Assembly: GCA_040390065.1 (NCBI GenBank)
Contig: JAZJZE010000011.1
Location: 128,001 to 192,000, forward strand
Length of the DNA: 64,000 nt
From: a bacterium
Lineage (GTDB): Archaea; Thermoplasmatota; E2; JACPAO01; JAHFTW01
Direction: 5' to 3'
Under the pieces are notes generated by a model. It was given only the letters and a program-made list of their open reading frames with translations. It searched no databases and was not told the origin of the DNA. The position numbers were made by a program, and so were the translations under genes. Positions 37,873 through 47,608 of the stretch are shown one piece after another (the stretch's first letter is position 1; every line of letters begins with the position of its first letter).

Positions 37873-38562
37873 ATGCAGTGGGCTGATTGGGCGCCGTCGG
37901 ACGCCGCCATCCGGGCCGAGTTCGGCTACAGTCTCGACGCCGACCAGGCCGCCGCCAGGGCATTGCACGCCATCGTCCCGGCGACCAGCCGCTTTCGCGA
38001 ACTCGGCGTCGAGGTCCGCAACCGCCGCAACGTCGCCGTGATCGGCGCCGGCCCCAGCCTCGCCCGCACGACGCCCTCCATCCTCGAAGGAAAAGTCGTC
38101 GTCGCCGCGGACGGCGCCGTGACCTGGCTGCGCGAAGTCCGCGTCACACCGCACGTCGTGGTCACCGACCTGGACGGCAACCCCGACGACCTCGTCTGGG
38201 CCGCGCAGCAAGGCGCCCACATGGTCGTGCATGCGCACGGCGACAACCGCGACGCCATACGTGGACTTGCATCGCGTCTGTTGCCGCAACTCTATGGCAC
38301 GTACCAGGGGCCGCCCATGCAGTTGGAGCCAATGCGCAACGTCGGCGGCTTCACGGATGGCGACCGCGCCGTCGTGCTGTGCGAAGACCTTGGAGCCCGC
38401 CAGGCGACCCTCGTCGGCTTCGACTTCGGCGCGGAGCCCAGCGCCTATTCGTACAAGTGGGACCCCAAGACGAAGCCGGCCAAACTCGCGTGGGCCGAAC
38501 GCATCGTGGGACAGGTCGCGGCGCGCGGCAAGATGCGCGTCGAGCTGTACCGGCCGGCCTAG
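37873..38562 (+). CDS. mptE: 6-hydroxymethyl-7,8-dihydropterin pyrophosphokinase (MptE/DUF115)
   Basis: GAGPSL, AADGA, VVTDLDG, HAHGDN, GGFTDGDRA, GFDF, KL.WA. Confidence 0.88.
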   Translation: MQWADWAPSDAAIRAEFGYSLDADQAAARALHAIVPATSRFRELGVEVRNRRNVAVIGAGPSLARTTPSILEGKVVVAADGAVTWLREVRVTPHVVVTDLDGNPDDLVWAAQQGAHMVVHAHGDNRDAIRGLASRLLPQLYGTYQGPPMQLEPMRNVGGFTDGDRAVVLCEDLGARQATLVGFDFGAEPSAYSYKWDPKTKPAKLAWAERIVGQVAARGKMRVELYRPA

Positions 38563-38652
38563 ATCGAGGCGGCGCTTGGGCGGGCTTCGACTCCTGCTGT
38601 ATGCGACCTGTCGGCCAAGAAACAGGGACGGCACCGATGACGCCGACGTCGT

Positions 38653-38843
38653 CCGGAAGTCCAGGAAACCGCTGAAATCGGGGAAAAATTGGTCTTCCGG
38701 TTTTCGAGGGTTCCCCGGTCTTCCAGGCAACGGCGGCCTGGGAGAACCCGAGACGAAAGGATAACAGGAAACGCGTTCCCCTTCTCTCCACTTGATTCTT
38801 GTTCTCTCAGGCCTCCCACACCCAGCCACGCGGCCACCTCGTG
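38653..38843 (+). repeat. Structured intergenic repeat, copy 1 (inverted copy at 50531-50720)
   Basis: 38727-38843 aligns closely with the reverse complement of 50531-50646; weaker similarity extends ~75 nt further; 13-bp stem 38735-38747/38801-38813. Confidence 0.85.
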
Positions 38844-38893
38844 CGCCCCGCCGCCGTCGGAGGATGACGTGGCCGCGCCTTGGCCTGGCCCGC

Positions 38894-39211
38894 CTACTTG
38901 TCGCTGCCGACCCACTCGAAGTATTCCTCGTTGACGCGCACGTTCCACGCCTCGATGATGGGGATGTCGTACGGGTGGTTCTCGCCCATGATGCGACGCG
39001 CCTCGTCCTCGCCGCCCGGCGTCGTTCGCGCCTCGACGATCCACTCCGATTCATCGCGGCGTTCGCCCTTCCAGCGATAGAACGAGCGCGCCTCTTGGAG
39101 GTGCACGCATGCCGCGCCGCCGTCCATGAGTCGGCTTGCAAGGGCGGCCGCTTCATGTTGCGACCCGATGGTCGTGCGGACGAGGACGAGCTTTGGTGTG
39201 CGCCAACGCAT
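38894..39211 (-). CDS. cutA: Divalent-cation tolerance protein CutA
   Basis: AACV, S.YRWKG....E, HPYDIP.I, Y.EWV. Confidence 0.92.
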   Translation of the reverse strand: MRWRTPKLVLVRTTIGSQHEAAALASRLMDGGAACVHLQEARSFYRWKGERRDESEWIVEARTTPGGEDEARRIMGENHPYDIPIIEAWNVRVNEEYFEWVGSDK

Positions 39212-39273
39212 GGGCCGGGCAAGGCGGTCCCTAAGAAGAAGCCTTATGCGAAACGCAGCGCTCGAAACAACGC

Positions 39274-40710
39274 TTGGAGACGGGACTCGCGATCTTCCTC
39301 GGCCTGGTGGCCGCCTACGTCGTCTTCGTCTTCTGGCTGGTGCAGACGAAGCGGCTCGAGAAGTGGAACCTGAGCCTGATGCTCGGCATCGTGCTCATGA
39401 TCCGCACGCAGAAGGGCAAGGGCACCATCGACTTCATCGCCCGGCCGAAGCGCTTCTGGAACGCCATCGGCGACGCCGGCATCGTCCTCACCCTCACGGG
39501 CATGCTGGTCATCACGCTGTTCTTCCTTTGGTCCGTCTGGTTCGTGCTGCAGCCCAACTCGGGCGTGCCGGCCCTTGGACCGACCGAGATCTTCGTCATC
39601 CCCGGCGTGACCCCGTTCGTTCCCCTGGTCTACGGACTTCTGGGCCTCATCGTGACGCTCGTCGTGCACGAAGGCGGCCACGGCGTGCTCGCCCGCGCCA
39701 ACGGCATGAAACTCAAGTCCATCGGGCTCCTCATGGCCATCGTCCCCATCGGTGCTTTCGTCGAGCCGGACGACCTCGACATGAAGGTGGCAAGTCGCCG
39801 ACAGCGGCTGCGCGTCTTCGGCGCCGGCCCCGGTGTCAACTTCGGCTTCGCCGCCATCACGCTCACGGCTTTTGCCCTCATGATGGGGGGCCTCGCACCG
39901 ACGCCGGGAGGCCATGTCGCCCTGACCGTCGAGGGCGGTCCCGCGCAGACGGCCGGCATCCATGCCGCCGACTCCATCCTCGACGTCCGCCATGACACGG
40001 ACGCCTCGTGGACGCACATCCCGGATTGGCCGGCAATGGTGACGTTCCTCAACGCCAGCCAGCCGGGGCAACACGTCGACGTCTTCCTGGCGGACAACAC
40101 GACGCACCAAGTGGTCCTCGGCAGCGTCTTCTCCAGCCTGTCGGCGGACGGGGCGGAGGCGGTCACGCGCGGAACACCGGAGGGCATGGCGTATTGCCGT
40201 GAACGCCTCAAGCCTGCGCCCGCTGACGGTGGCGAATGCGCGGAGCGTCTGCAGAAGATGGCCTACATCGGCATCCACGCCCTCCTGCCCATCGACACGA
40301 GCTATCTTGCAAACCCGCTCGGCAACGGCGGCAGCAACCTGCTGTACATGTTCTCCCTGCCGCTCGCAGAGGTCCGCGGCAGCGCCCCGGTGCTGGGCGT
40401 CTACATGCCGGCCTTCCACCAGACCCCGTTTGCCGCGGAAGTCTTCTGGCCCATGGCCAACGTGCTGTTCTGGATCTTCTGGATCAATCTCGCCGTCGGC
40501 ATCACCAACATCCTGCCCATGATGCCCCTCGATGGCGGCCACATCTTCCGCGACGCGATCGGCGGCCTGTTCCAGAAAGTCAAGCCCAACATGCCGACGG
40601 AGCGGCGCGAGGCCCTCGTCACGCGCACGGCCACGACGATGAGCCTCCTCATCCTCGGCGCCTTCCTGCTCGAGATCTTCGGGCCCCACCTCATGAACGC
40701 CTTGCGTTAG
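39274..40710 (+). CDS. Site-2 protease (M50) with PDZ-like insert
   Basis: HEGGH zinc motif, GAFVEP, AGPGVN, NILPMMPLDGG; TTG start. Confidence 0.93.
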   Translation: METGLAIFLGLVAAYVVFVFWLVQTKRLEKWNLSLMLGIVLMIRTQKGKGTIDFIARPKRFWNAIGDAGIVLTLTGMLVITLFFLWSVWFVLQPNSGVPALGPTEIFVIPGVTPFVPLVYGLLGLIVTLVVHEGGHGVLARANGMKLKSIGLLMAIVPIGAFVEPDDLDMKVASRRQRLRVFGAGPGVNFGFAAITLTAFALMMGGLAPTPGGHVALTVEGGPAQTAGIHAADSILDVRHDTDASWTHIPDWPAMVTFLNASQPGQHVDVFLADNTTHQVVLGSVFSSLSADGAEAVTRGTPEGMAYCRERLKPAPADGGECAERLQKMAYIGIHALLPIDTSYLANPLGNGGSNLLYMFSLPLAEVRGSAPVLGVYMPAFHQTPFAAEVFWPMANVLFWIFWINLAVGITNILPMMPLDGGHIFRDAIGGLFQKVKPNMPTERREALVTRTATTMSLLILGAFLLEIFGPHLMNALR

Positions 40711-40799
40711 CGGCGGCGGACTGGACGCCCCAGGAGGCAGCCCTGGGCCACGAACGAAGCCCTCTTATGAAGGCAAACCTGACGCGGACTTCGTAGGCC

Positions 40800-42212
40800 A
40801 TGGCCGTCACGCTGGAGCGCGTCAAGATCCCGGAACTCCACCCCGAGGTCCGGGTCAAGTCCTACGACGAGGCCGTCCTCGGCTACACGCGCAAGCTCGC
40901 CATCGCCGAGGCCATGCGCTGCATCGACTGCAAGACGAAGCCCTGCACGTACGCCTGCCCCGCGCTCACCAAGGCGCCGGAGTACATCCAAGCCATCGCG
41001 GCCGGCGATTTTGACAAGTCGCTGGCCATCGCGCTCGAGACGTACCCGGTGCCTGGCACGCTCGGCCGCACATGTTTCCATCCCTGCGAGGATTCCTGTG
41101 TCGTGGGCTTCAAGGGCGAACCCGTCGCCATCTGCAGCCTCAAACGCGCCGCCTTCGACTACGGCCAGTGGCCCGAGATCGTGCGCCCAGCACCGACGGG
41201 GAAGAAGGTCGCCGTCATCGGCTCCGGCCCCGCCGGCTTGCAGGTCGCCTACGATTTGGCGCGCAAGGGCCACGCCGTCACCGTGTACGAGGCGCTCTCC
41301 AAACTCGGCGGCATGCTCACGGTCGGCATCCCCGAATACCGCCTGCCGCGCGACGTCGTCGACCACGAAGTCGCCAAGATGGAGGAATGGGGCGTCACGT
41401 TCCGCACGAATTGGCGCCTCGGCGAAGGCGGCAACACGATGGATGCGCTTCTGGCCGCCAACGACCTCGTCTTCCTCGGCGTCGGCTGCCACAGCCCGAA
41501 AGCCATCCGCGTCCCCGGCGAAGACCTGAAGGGTGTCACGCACGCCGTCGACTGGCTGCGCCGCCTGGAGCTCGGCGACCACTACAACCTCGATGGTCAG
41601 CGCATCGTCATCATCGGCGGCGGATCGACGGCCATGGATGTCGCCCGCAACTCGCTGCGCCTCGGAGCCCGCAGCGTCCACATCGTCTACCGCCGCGGCC
41701 GCCGCGAGATGACGGCGAGCCCCGAGGAGGTCGTGCAGGCGCGTGACGAGAACATCAAGTTCCTCATGCTCGCCAACCCGATCCAGATCATGCCGTACGC
41801 GGATGGCGCGAAGGCCGGCTTCGTCAAGGCCGTCGAATGCGTCCAGATGGACTTGGGCCCCCCCGACGCCTCTGGCCGGCGTGCTCCGGAACCCATCGAA
41901 GGCTCCGAATTCCTGCTCGCCGCGGACCAAGTGGTCCTCGCCGTCGGCCAGAACCCGAGCCCCGTCGCGGACGCGCTCAAGGGCAAGGTCCAGCTCTCGA
42001 AGTGGGGCGACATCGTCGTCGACACCGACTGCCGCACGAGCCACAACAAGGTCTTCGCGGCCGGCGACATCGCGCTCGGCCCCTCGAGCATCATCGAGGC
42101 CATCGCGCAGGCGCGCAAGGCGGCCCTGGCCATGCACACCGACCTCGCCAAGGCTGGGCCGGTGGCCACGAACGTCGTAGCCGCTGCCGCCGCAGCACTG
42201 CTCAAGCGGTGA
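40800..42212 (+). CDS. NAD(P)-dependent Fe-S flavoprotein of the GltD/SudA/NfnB family
   Basis: EAMRCIDC...C...CP, GRTC..PCE..C, IGSGPAG, GIPEYRLP, IGGGSTAMD, YRR, FAAGD. Confidence 0.92.
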   Translation: MAVTLERVKIPELHPEVRVKSYDEAVLGYTRKLAIAEAMRCIDCKTKPCTYACPALTKAPEYIQAIAAGDFDKSLAIALETYPVPGTLGRTCFHPCEDSCVVGFKGEPVAICSLKRAAFDYGQWPEIVRPAPTGKKVAVIGSGPAGLQVAYDLARKGHAVTVYEALSKLGGMLTVGIPEYRLPRDVVDHEVAKMEEWGVTFRTNWRLGEGGNTMDALLAANDLVFLGVGCHSPKAIRVPGEDLKGVTHAVDWLRRLELGDHYNLDGQRIVIIGGGSTAMDVARNSLRLGARSVHIVYRRGRREMTASPEEVVQARDENIKFLMLANPIQIMPYADGAKAGFVKAVECVQMDLGPPDASGRRAPEPIEGSEFLLAADQVVLAVGQNPSPVADALKGKVQLSKWGDIVVDTDCRTSHNKVFAAGDIALGPSSIIEAIAQARKAALAMHTDLAKAGPVATNVVAAAAAALLKR

Positions 42213-42216
42213 CCCC

Positions 42217-42621
42217 ATGGTCCGCATGACGGGCGTCACCGACGAGCCTCCCATGCGCCGCATGTGCGTTGCCCGCGGCACGCTGCTCGGCGCGCCGCAC
42301 ACCTTGGCATCCGATGTCTTGGCCTCCGCGCGGACGGCGGCGGTCTTCGCCGTCAAGGACTCCGGCCGCCTCCTGCCCGCGGCACCGCCCTTCTCGCTCA
42401 CCGAGACCTTCTGCGACCTCGACTGGGACGGCAAGGTCCACGGCTGGACGGCGACGGTCACCGTGGTCGGCTACGCCCGGTCGAGTCTCGACACCGCGGC
42501 TCTGGCCGGGGTCGGGGCAGCCCTTCTGCAACTGTGGGAATCGACCAAGGCCGGCGATGCAGCCGCGTCGCTCACGATGCGCGCGACGGACTTCCACGTC
42601 GTGCAGAACGTCGACGGGTAG
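42217..42621 (+). CDS. MoaC-like protein with degenerate active-site motifs
   Basis: R.CVARG, DVLASARTAA..AVK....LLP, AL.GV.AALL.LW...KA follow the MoaC pattern, but LCH and GVEMEA are not conserved. Confidence 0.65.
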   Translation: MVRMTGVTDEPPMRRMCVARGTLLGAPHTLASDVLASARTAAVFAVKDSGRLLPAAPPFSLTETFCDLDWDGKVHGWTATVTVVGYARSSLDTAALAGVGAALLQLWESTKAGDAAASLTMRATDFHVVQNVDG

Positions 42622-42624
42622 TTC

Positions 42625-43806
42625 CTACACGCGCCAGCCGTGCGCGCGCGCCACGAACAGCGCCATGCCGACCGCACCAGCCGCCAAGACGATGGCCGGC
42701 TCGGGCAACTTGCGCCAGCGCAACAGGAGAGCCAAGCCGACGACGGCAATCGCGATTGTCGGCCAGTCCACGATGGCACCACGGCCGAGGATGACGACCG
42801 CTCCCGCGATGGCTCCCGTCGCTGCCGCCGTGGCGCCGTCGACGAAGGCCCGCAACTGCGGGTGATGTTGGTGCCTGCGGAACCATGGCGCCGGCAGGAC
42901 GGTGAACAGCCAAACGGGAAGGAACATGCCAAGGGCAGCGACCAGAGCGCCTGCCGGCCCGGCGACGAGATAGCCGATGAAGGCGACGGTGATGACGACG
43001 GGGCCAGGTGTGATGATGGCGACGGCCACGGCGTCGAGGAAGGTGCGCTCGTCCAGCCAGTGGTGCTCGACCACGACTCCTGCGTGCAGGAACGGCACGA
43101 TGGCCAGGCCTGAACCGAAGACGAATGCGCCGGCCTTGGCGAAGAAGAGAAACAGCGTCGCAAGGGTGCCCGGATCTGGCACAGTGAAGGCCCACGCCAG
43201 GAGAGGGAAGGGCAGCAATGCGGCCGCCTCGCCCCCCCGTCTGGACATCCAGGCCGGAGGCGCCCGAAGGACGAGGACGAGCAGGCCCGCGGCGACGAAG
43301 AGGACGGCAAGCTCGGCTTGGAAATAGACCGTGGCCGCAAAGAGGGCAAGTGCGATGCCCCACAAGAGCGGGTCCCGGCGGTTCGTCTTCGTGGCCAATC
43401 GGTACGCGCCAATGGCGATGATGGCGATGACCGCGGCCGCGATGCCGTAGAAGGCCGCCTGCATCCACCACAGGCCACCGTAATGCACGTAGGCCACGGC
43501 AAGGGCGACGACCATCAGGAACGACGGCAAGACGAAAGCGAGCCCTGCGAGGGTGGCGCCTGCGACGCCGTAGCGGAAGAAGCCGATGGCCATCGCCGTC
43601 TGGGCGGCAAGCGGGCCCGGCATCACTTGCGCCAGCGCCAGGGCGAGCTTGTACTCGGCCTCGGCGATCCAGCGGCGCGTCTCGACGAGGTCGCGGTGCA
43701 TGTGCCCGACCAGCGCCACCGGTCCACCGAAGCCCGTCGTGCCGAGGCGCAGAAAGTAACGGGTCAGGCTGGGCAGGGGCGGCGCGGCTGGTGGTTCGTC
43801 CGTCAT
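42625..43806 (-). CDS. chrA: Chromate efflux transporter, long chain
   Basis: FLRLG..GFGGP, AQ.MPGP, FVFGSG, TPGPV; two homologous halves. Confidence 0.93.
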   Translation of the reverse strand: MTDEPPAAPPLPSLTRYFLRLGTTGFGGPVALVGHMHRDLVETRRWIAEAEYKLALALAQVMPGPLAAQTAMAIGFFRYGVAGATLAGLAFVLPSFLMVVALAVAYVHYGGLWWMQAAFYGIAAAVIAIIAIGAYRLATKTNRRDPLLWGIALALFAATVYFQAELAVLFVAAGLLVLVLRAPPAWMSRRGGEAAALLPFPLLAWAFTVPDPGTLATLFLFFAKAGAFVFGSGLAIVPFLHAGVVVEHHWLDERTFLDAVAVAIITPGPVVITVAFIGYLVAGPAGALVAALGMFLPVWLFTVLPAPWFRRHQHHPQLRAFVDGATAAATGAIAGAVVILGRGAIVDWPTIAIAVVGLALLLRWRKLPEPAIVLAAGAVGMALFVARAHGWRV

Positions 43807-44018
43807 CGCCGCAGGTACCAGACCCAATCCTCACCCATGGCGACGTAGAGGGCATAGACACCGACGCCAGCTGCAGCGGAGATGGCAAGCGCCCACCACA
43901 CTGCGCGCAGGTCGGGCTTGGCTCCGATGGGGGTGCGACCGAGGCGCCGGAGAAGCGTCGCAAGGGTGCCGAAGACGCCCGCCATCACGACGGCACCCCA
44001 GGGCAGCCAATCCGTCAT
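43803..44018 (-). CDS. Small two-TM membrane protein
   Basis: 71 aa with two hydrophobic segments; ATGA overlap with chrA. Confidence 0.65.
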   Translation of the reverse strand: MTDWLPWGAVVMAGVFGTLATLLRRLGRTPIGAKPDLRAVWWALAISAAAGVGVYALYVAMGEDWVWYLRR

Positions 44019-44049
44019 GGGCGCGCATGCTCGTGGGCGTATTTGTCTA

Positions 44050-44318
44050 GAGGTCATTGCATAGCTTCCAGGGTGCCTGCGTCGTTTTCCGGCCTTCGCG
44101 ATCCTGGCGGGGGCGGTCGCCGGCGGGCCGGAAGTCCGCCAAGACCGCCGGCGCCAGGAGTGTGTGGCCGGAAAACGACCCGCAAGGGCGCGCCGCTTTG
44201 CGGCGGATTGCGTCGTCGCCTGGACCTCGTCGTGGCGCTGCCACGAAGTCGGCCCAACCTCCTAGCACTCCTTGCAAACCGGCGCGCGCAGGCCTCCTGG
44301 AGGTTATGCAATGACCTC
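44050..44318. mobile_element. 269-bp MITE-like element with 23-32-bp terminal inverted repeats, flanked by TA
   Basis: Left GAGGTCATTGCATAGCTTCCAGG vs reverse complement of the right end GAGGTCATTGCATAACCTCCAGG (21/23); TA at 44048-49 and 44319-20; no transposase. Confidence 0.8.
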
Positions 44319-45232
44319 TAAGCCTTCTTGGCGCCGCTTTCGTCGATGGCCCGCATGACGGTGACAGTCTCCTTCTTGAGTTCCGCCTTGAGCGTGTCGT
44401 ACGTCGGCACGTCCATCTCGTTGGCTTGACGCGCGAGTTCGAGTTCCTTGAGGGCGGCCATGAGTGCCCGCTTGCGGCCTTCGAGCACGGTGACGGGTTC
44501 GGCCTGCGCGGCCTCGACGTGGGCGGCGGTCGTCGCCACCTGCTTGCGGGACTTGCGCTGCACGGCGCCGCGCTTGACCAGGAAGGCCCAGACGACCGCG
44601 CCTACGATGACGCCGGCAGCTGCATAGAGCCACGGATTCGTTCCGGATGCGCCGCTGGCAGCAACGGGTGAGCCCGGTGCGTTGAGGACGAAGGACGTCG
44701 CATGCGGGATGCCCTCGAACGCGTGGATCGTGTATTCGGGGTGGTCGGCGCCGGGCAGGACCTGCGTCTCCGCCTGGGCGCCTGCAACCATCTGGCCTTG
44801 CCGGAGGTAGATGGTGGCGCTAGCCGTATCGCTGCCGGGGGTCTGGAGTCGGACGACCACGGGGTCCGCCGGGCCCGCCGAAATCCCCGTCGTGATGGCG
44901 ATGACGTAGGAGCCGGCGGGCACGCTGGAGGGGGAGGTGACCTGGCCCGCCTGCCACGTGACGTTGCCGCACGTGCACGCCGCGTTCTCGAAGGCGAACC
45001 CCGGACTCACCGCGAACAGCTGCGCGACGGACCCGCCGGCGGGAACCGTGATGCGGCGGTACTCCACGGCGTGCCACTGCCCGGCGCTCTCTGTCGCGGG
45101 ACTGAGCGGCACGTCGCCGTACGCCACGCGCAGGTGCGAGGTTCCGCTGAACCCGAACTCCGTCATCTGGGCTGCCCCGGCCGGGGCGACAAGGATGGCA
45201 ACGATGGCCAGCGCGGCCCACGTCATCTTCAT
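44318..45232 (-). CDS. Exported membrane-anchored protein with C-terminal helical tail, last gene of the ccm-like operon
   Basis: Signal peptide, beta-rich domain with CTC, TM WLYAAAGVIVGAVVWAFLV, tail LEGRKRALMAALKELE...Y..LKAELK. Confidence 0.75.
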   Translation of the reverse strand: MKMTWAALAIVAILVAPAGAAQMTEFGFSGTSHLRVAYGDVPLSPATESAGQWHAVEYRRITVPAGGSVAQLFAVSPGFAFENAACTCGNVTWQAGQVTSPSSVPAGSYVIAITTGISAGPADPVVVRLQTPGSDTASATIYLRQGQMVAGAQAETQVLPGADHPEYTIHAFEGIPHATSFVLNAPGSPVAASGASGTNPWLYAAAGVIVGAVVWAFLVKRGAVQRKSRKQVATTAAHVEAAQAEPVTVLEGRKRALMAALKELELARQANEMDVPTYDTLKAELKKETVTVMRAIDESGAKKA

Positions 45233-45272
45233 GTTCGGTCGCGACGCGCAGGCCCTACAAAACGGCCGCGCC

Positions 45273-45953
45273 TTAGGCGGTCACGTTGTACTTCGCCTGC
45301 GCCTCGGGGGGCAGGAACTTGCTGCTGCACCCCGCGGTGTAGTCCTGCACGACCCAGATGAGCGCGCCGTCGGGTACCGGCGTTCCATCCGGCAAGCTGG
45401 CCATCAAGTGGCCCTTGAACTGGCTTGGCTTGGGCTGCAGCGGGTGCTCCGTCGCCTTGCCGTAGATGGCCCAAATGCGGGCGGGGTGGCCCTGCTCGGC
45501 GGAGAAGCCGTCAATCGGGAAGGCCTGACCGGCCAGTCCAGAGACCCACGTCGCCGCGACGACCGGCACAACGGGCTGCAAGTCCGTCGGGTGGCGGCGC
45601 GTCTCGTTGCGAAACGACCAGTGCAGCGCCCCGTCGGCGCCGGCGGAGGCGGTGAGCGTGTGCAAACTGAAGACCAGTTGGCCGTCGAGGAACCACGTCG
45701 TGGTCGTGCGCGTCTCGTTGCGCCATTCCGGGTTCTCCTGCAGAACGACGCCTTGCGCCACCGTGACTGGGACTTGCTCCGGCTGCGGTACGCCGACGAG
45801 CGTGAAGCTGCCCCGCATGTGGCCTGCCGGGTTGCCGACGACCTCGTCGACTTGCCGCACGTCGGCCGGCGCCTGCGTCGAGGCGAACCAGACCGTCCCC
45901 GCGCCGAGAGCTAGGATGGCGGCGCCGATCATGAGGCGGCTGGAGTGGTTCAT
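45273..45953 (-). CDS. ccmE: CcmE-like haem chaperone (Cys-type variant)
   Basis: N-terminal TM, V.EV motif, C-terminal AGCSSKF resembling the CxxxY CcmE motif; follows ccmABCD. Confidence 0.65.
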   Translation of the reverse strand: MNHSSRLMIGAAILALGAGTVWFASTQAPADVRQVDEVVGNPAGHMRGSFTLVGVPQPEQVPVTVAQGVVLQENPEWRNETRTTTTWFLDGQLVFSLHTLTASAGADGALHWSFRNETRRHPTDLQPVVPVVAATWVSGLAGQAFPIDGFSAEQGHPARIWAIYGKATEHPLQPKPSQFKGHLMASLPDGTPVPDGALIWVVQDYTAGCSSKFLPPEAQAKYNVTA

Positions 45954-46126
45954 GCCTTGCGCCCGGGGTCTGCGCCGCCCGTCTTGGCGTTTGCGGCATC
46001 GGCTTCGAGGGTGCGCAGACGTTCCTCGATGCGGTGGCCCCTCCGTTCCAAGTGCCAAAGGTACGCCGCAATGGCGAGGGCGATGGCGCCGAAGGCGGCG
46101 AAGAACGTGGTTGCGTCACTGGGCAT
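45950..46126 (-). CDS. ccmD: CcmD-like small membrane protein
   Basis: 58 aa; FAAFGAIALAIAAYLWHL followed by a charged helix; lies between ccmC and ccmE with overlapping stops/starts. Confidence 0.65.
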   Translation of the reverse strand: MPSDATTFFAAFGAIALAIAAYLWHLERRGHRIEERLRTLEADAANAKTGGADPGRKA

Positions 46127-46883
46127 GGGGGGTCTCCAAGGTCTCCTCGAGTTCGTCGACGCGGTCCTCGAGGCGCGCGAGCCGAAGCCGTGCAAGGAAC
46201 AGGTGCACGAACAGGAGTGTGAAGGCGATGAAGCTGAGCAGCAGCAGGCCCGATTCGTACGGCGAAATCGTCGCGGCGTGCAACCCCTTCGCCGCAGGGC
46301 CGCCGATGACGGGGTGCAAGTCGGTCGGCAGGGCCTGGCCCACGAGGTAGCTGGCCGGGACGCCGAGGAAGCCGAGGATGCCGAACACGGCGGCGAGCCG
46401 GGCGCGGCGCTGTGGGCCGTCCACGAGCCGGCGCAGCAAGAGGTAGGCGGCGAAGGTGAGCCACAACACGACGACGACCAATACCTTAGGGTCCGAGTAG
46501 ACGGTGGCGAGGCCGCTTCGGCCTTCCTTGTACCATTCCTGGATGCCCCAGAGCGTGCCGGTCGCGAGGGCGATCGTGTTCATGAGGAAGCCCGCCTCGG
46601 CGGCGGCGCGGGCCGTCGTGTCGTCGCGCAGGCGGCGCTCGTTCAGATACGCAATGGACAAGCCGAAAGTGACCAGGTAGCCGACGAAGGACGCCCAGGC
46701 GCTGGCCGGGTGGTAGAACAGCAGGAGGCGGGTCATCGGCGCCGTCACGTCCGTCGCGCCAGTCCAGTCCGGTGCCGGCCCCCACGGTGTCGGCAGCCAC
46801 GTGGCGTACGCCAAGGCGAGAAAGGCGATGGCGCTCGCCCAGATGGTCGCCCGGCGCGTTGCATCCACGGCCGCCTGCTTCAC
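46116..46883 (-). CDS. ccmC: Haem exporter/cytochrome c biogenesis protein CcmC
   Basis: FYHP.SAW, AAAE.G, L.TGTLW...W...DPK, YLLLR, LHP; start approximate. Confidence 0.88.
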   Translation of the reverse strand: MKQAAVDATRRATIWASAIAFLALAYATWLPTPWGPAPDWTGATDVTAPMTRLLLFYHPASAWASFVGYLVTFGLSIAYLNERRLRDDTTARAAAEAGFLMNTIALATGTLWGIQEWYKEGRSGLATVYSDPKVLVVVVLWLTFAAYLLLRRLVDGPQRRARLAAVFGILGFLGVPASYLVGQALPTDLHPVIGGPAAKGLHAATISPYESGLLLLSFIAFTLLFVHLFLARLRLARLEDRVDELEETLETPHAQ

Positions 46884-46951
46884 AGGGGCCCTCCAGGCGA
46901 GGCGCGGCAAAGCCGTTGTGGCGGCGTGGCGAAAACGTACCGTGCAGCCAT

Positions 46952-47608
46952 CTAGTCGCCTTCCAGGACGATGGGCCAGAGGAACCAGGCAAAGCCGATG
47001 GCGAGCACGTCATAGCCGGCCATGAGAAGGACGGAATTGGACCAGAGGGACCATGGATCGCCGCGCAGGGCGGCGGTCGTCGCGGCCAAGCCGGATTGCA
47101 AGAGCGGCACGCTCACCGGCACGACAAGGATGGGCAGCAGGATGTCGCGGGCCCGGGCTTGCGCGGCGAGTCCGGCGGCGAGGGTGGCGACGACTGCGAG
47201 CCCGACGCACGCCAGTCCCAGAATCATCGATACGGCTGCGATGGCCGGTAGGGCGAACAGGAAAGTTCCAACCGCCAGCGCGAACCCGGCGAGCACGGCC
47301 AGAACTGCGAGGTGCAAGATCGTGCGTGACCACCCGTGCGAGGACAACGCCGCCGGGGAGGCGCGCAGGAGGTCAAGCGTGCCACGGTCGGCCTCGGCGG
47401 CAAAGCCGCGGCCCGCGACGGCAGCGGCACCGTACAGGATGGGGATCCACAGGACCGCGGCGGCGGTGCGCGGCTGGTCGGACAGGTCCGGAAAGGATAG
47501 CACGTCGAGGACGAAGAACAGCAGCACGAGGACGAGCCCGGCCTGCAACGTCTCTTTGCTGCGCAACTCGCGGCGTGCGTCCTTCCACAGCAGGGCAGCC
47601 AGGCTCAA
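46952..47608 (-). CDS. ccmB: Haem exporter permease CcmB
   Basis: LWKD.R.E.R, F..EADRGTLD.L...P, LLPIL..P..VP.L; TTG start overlapping the ccmA stop. Confidence 0.9.
   Translation of the reverse strand: MSLAALLWKDARRELRSKETLQAGLVLVLLFFVLDVLSFPDLSDQPRTAAAVLWIPILYGAAAVAGRGFAAEADRGTLDLLRASPAALSSHGWSRTILHLAVLAVLAGFALAVGTFLFALPAIAAVSMILGLACVGLAVVATLAAGLAAQARARDILLPILVVPVSVPLLQSGLAATTAALRGDPWSLWSNSVLLMAGYDVLAIGFAWFLWPIVLEGD

Noticed and set aside
36541-39222. 893-aa minus-strand ORF
   Set aside because: Overlaps confident DUF373, mptE and cutA genes; shadow frame.
44047-44314. Short ORFs on both strands inside the MITE-like element
   Set aside because: They arise from ATG/TAG in the inverted repeats; no coding signature or transposase motif.
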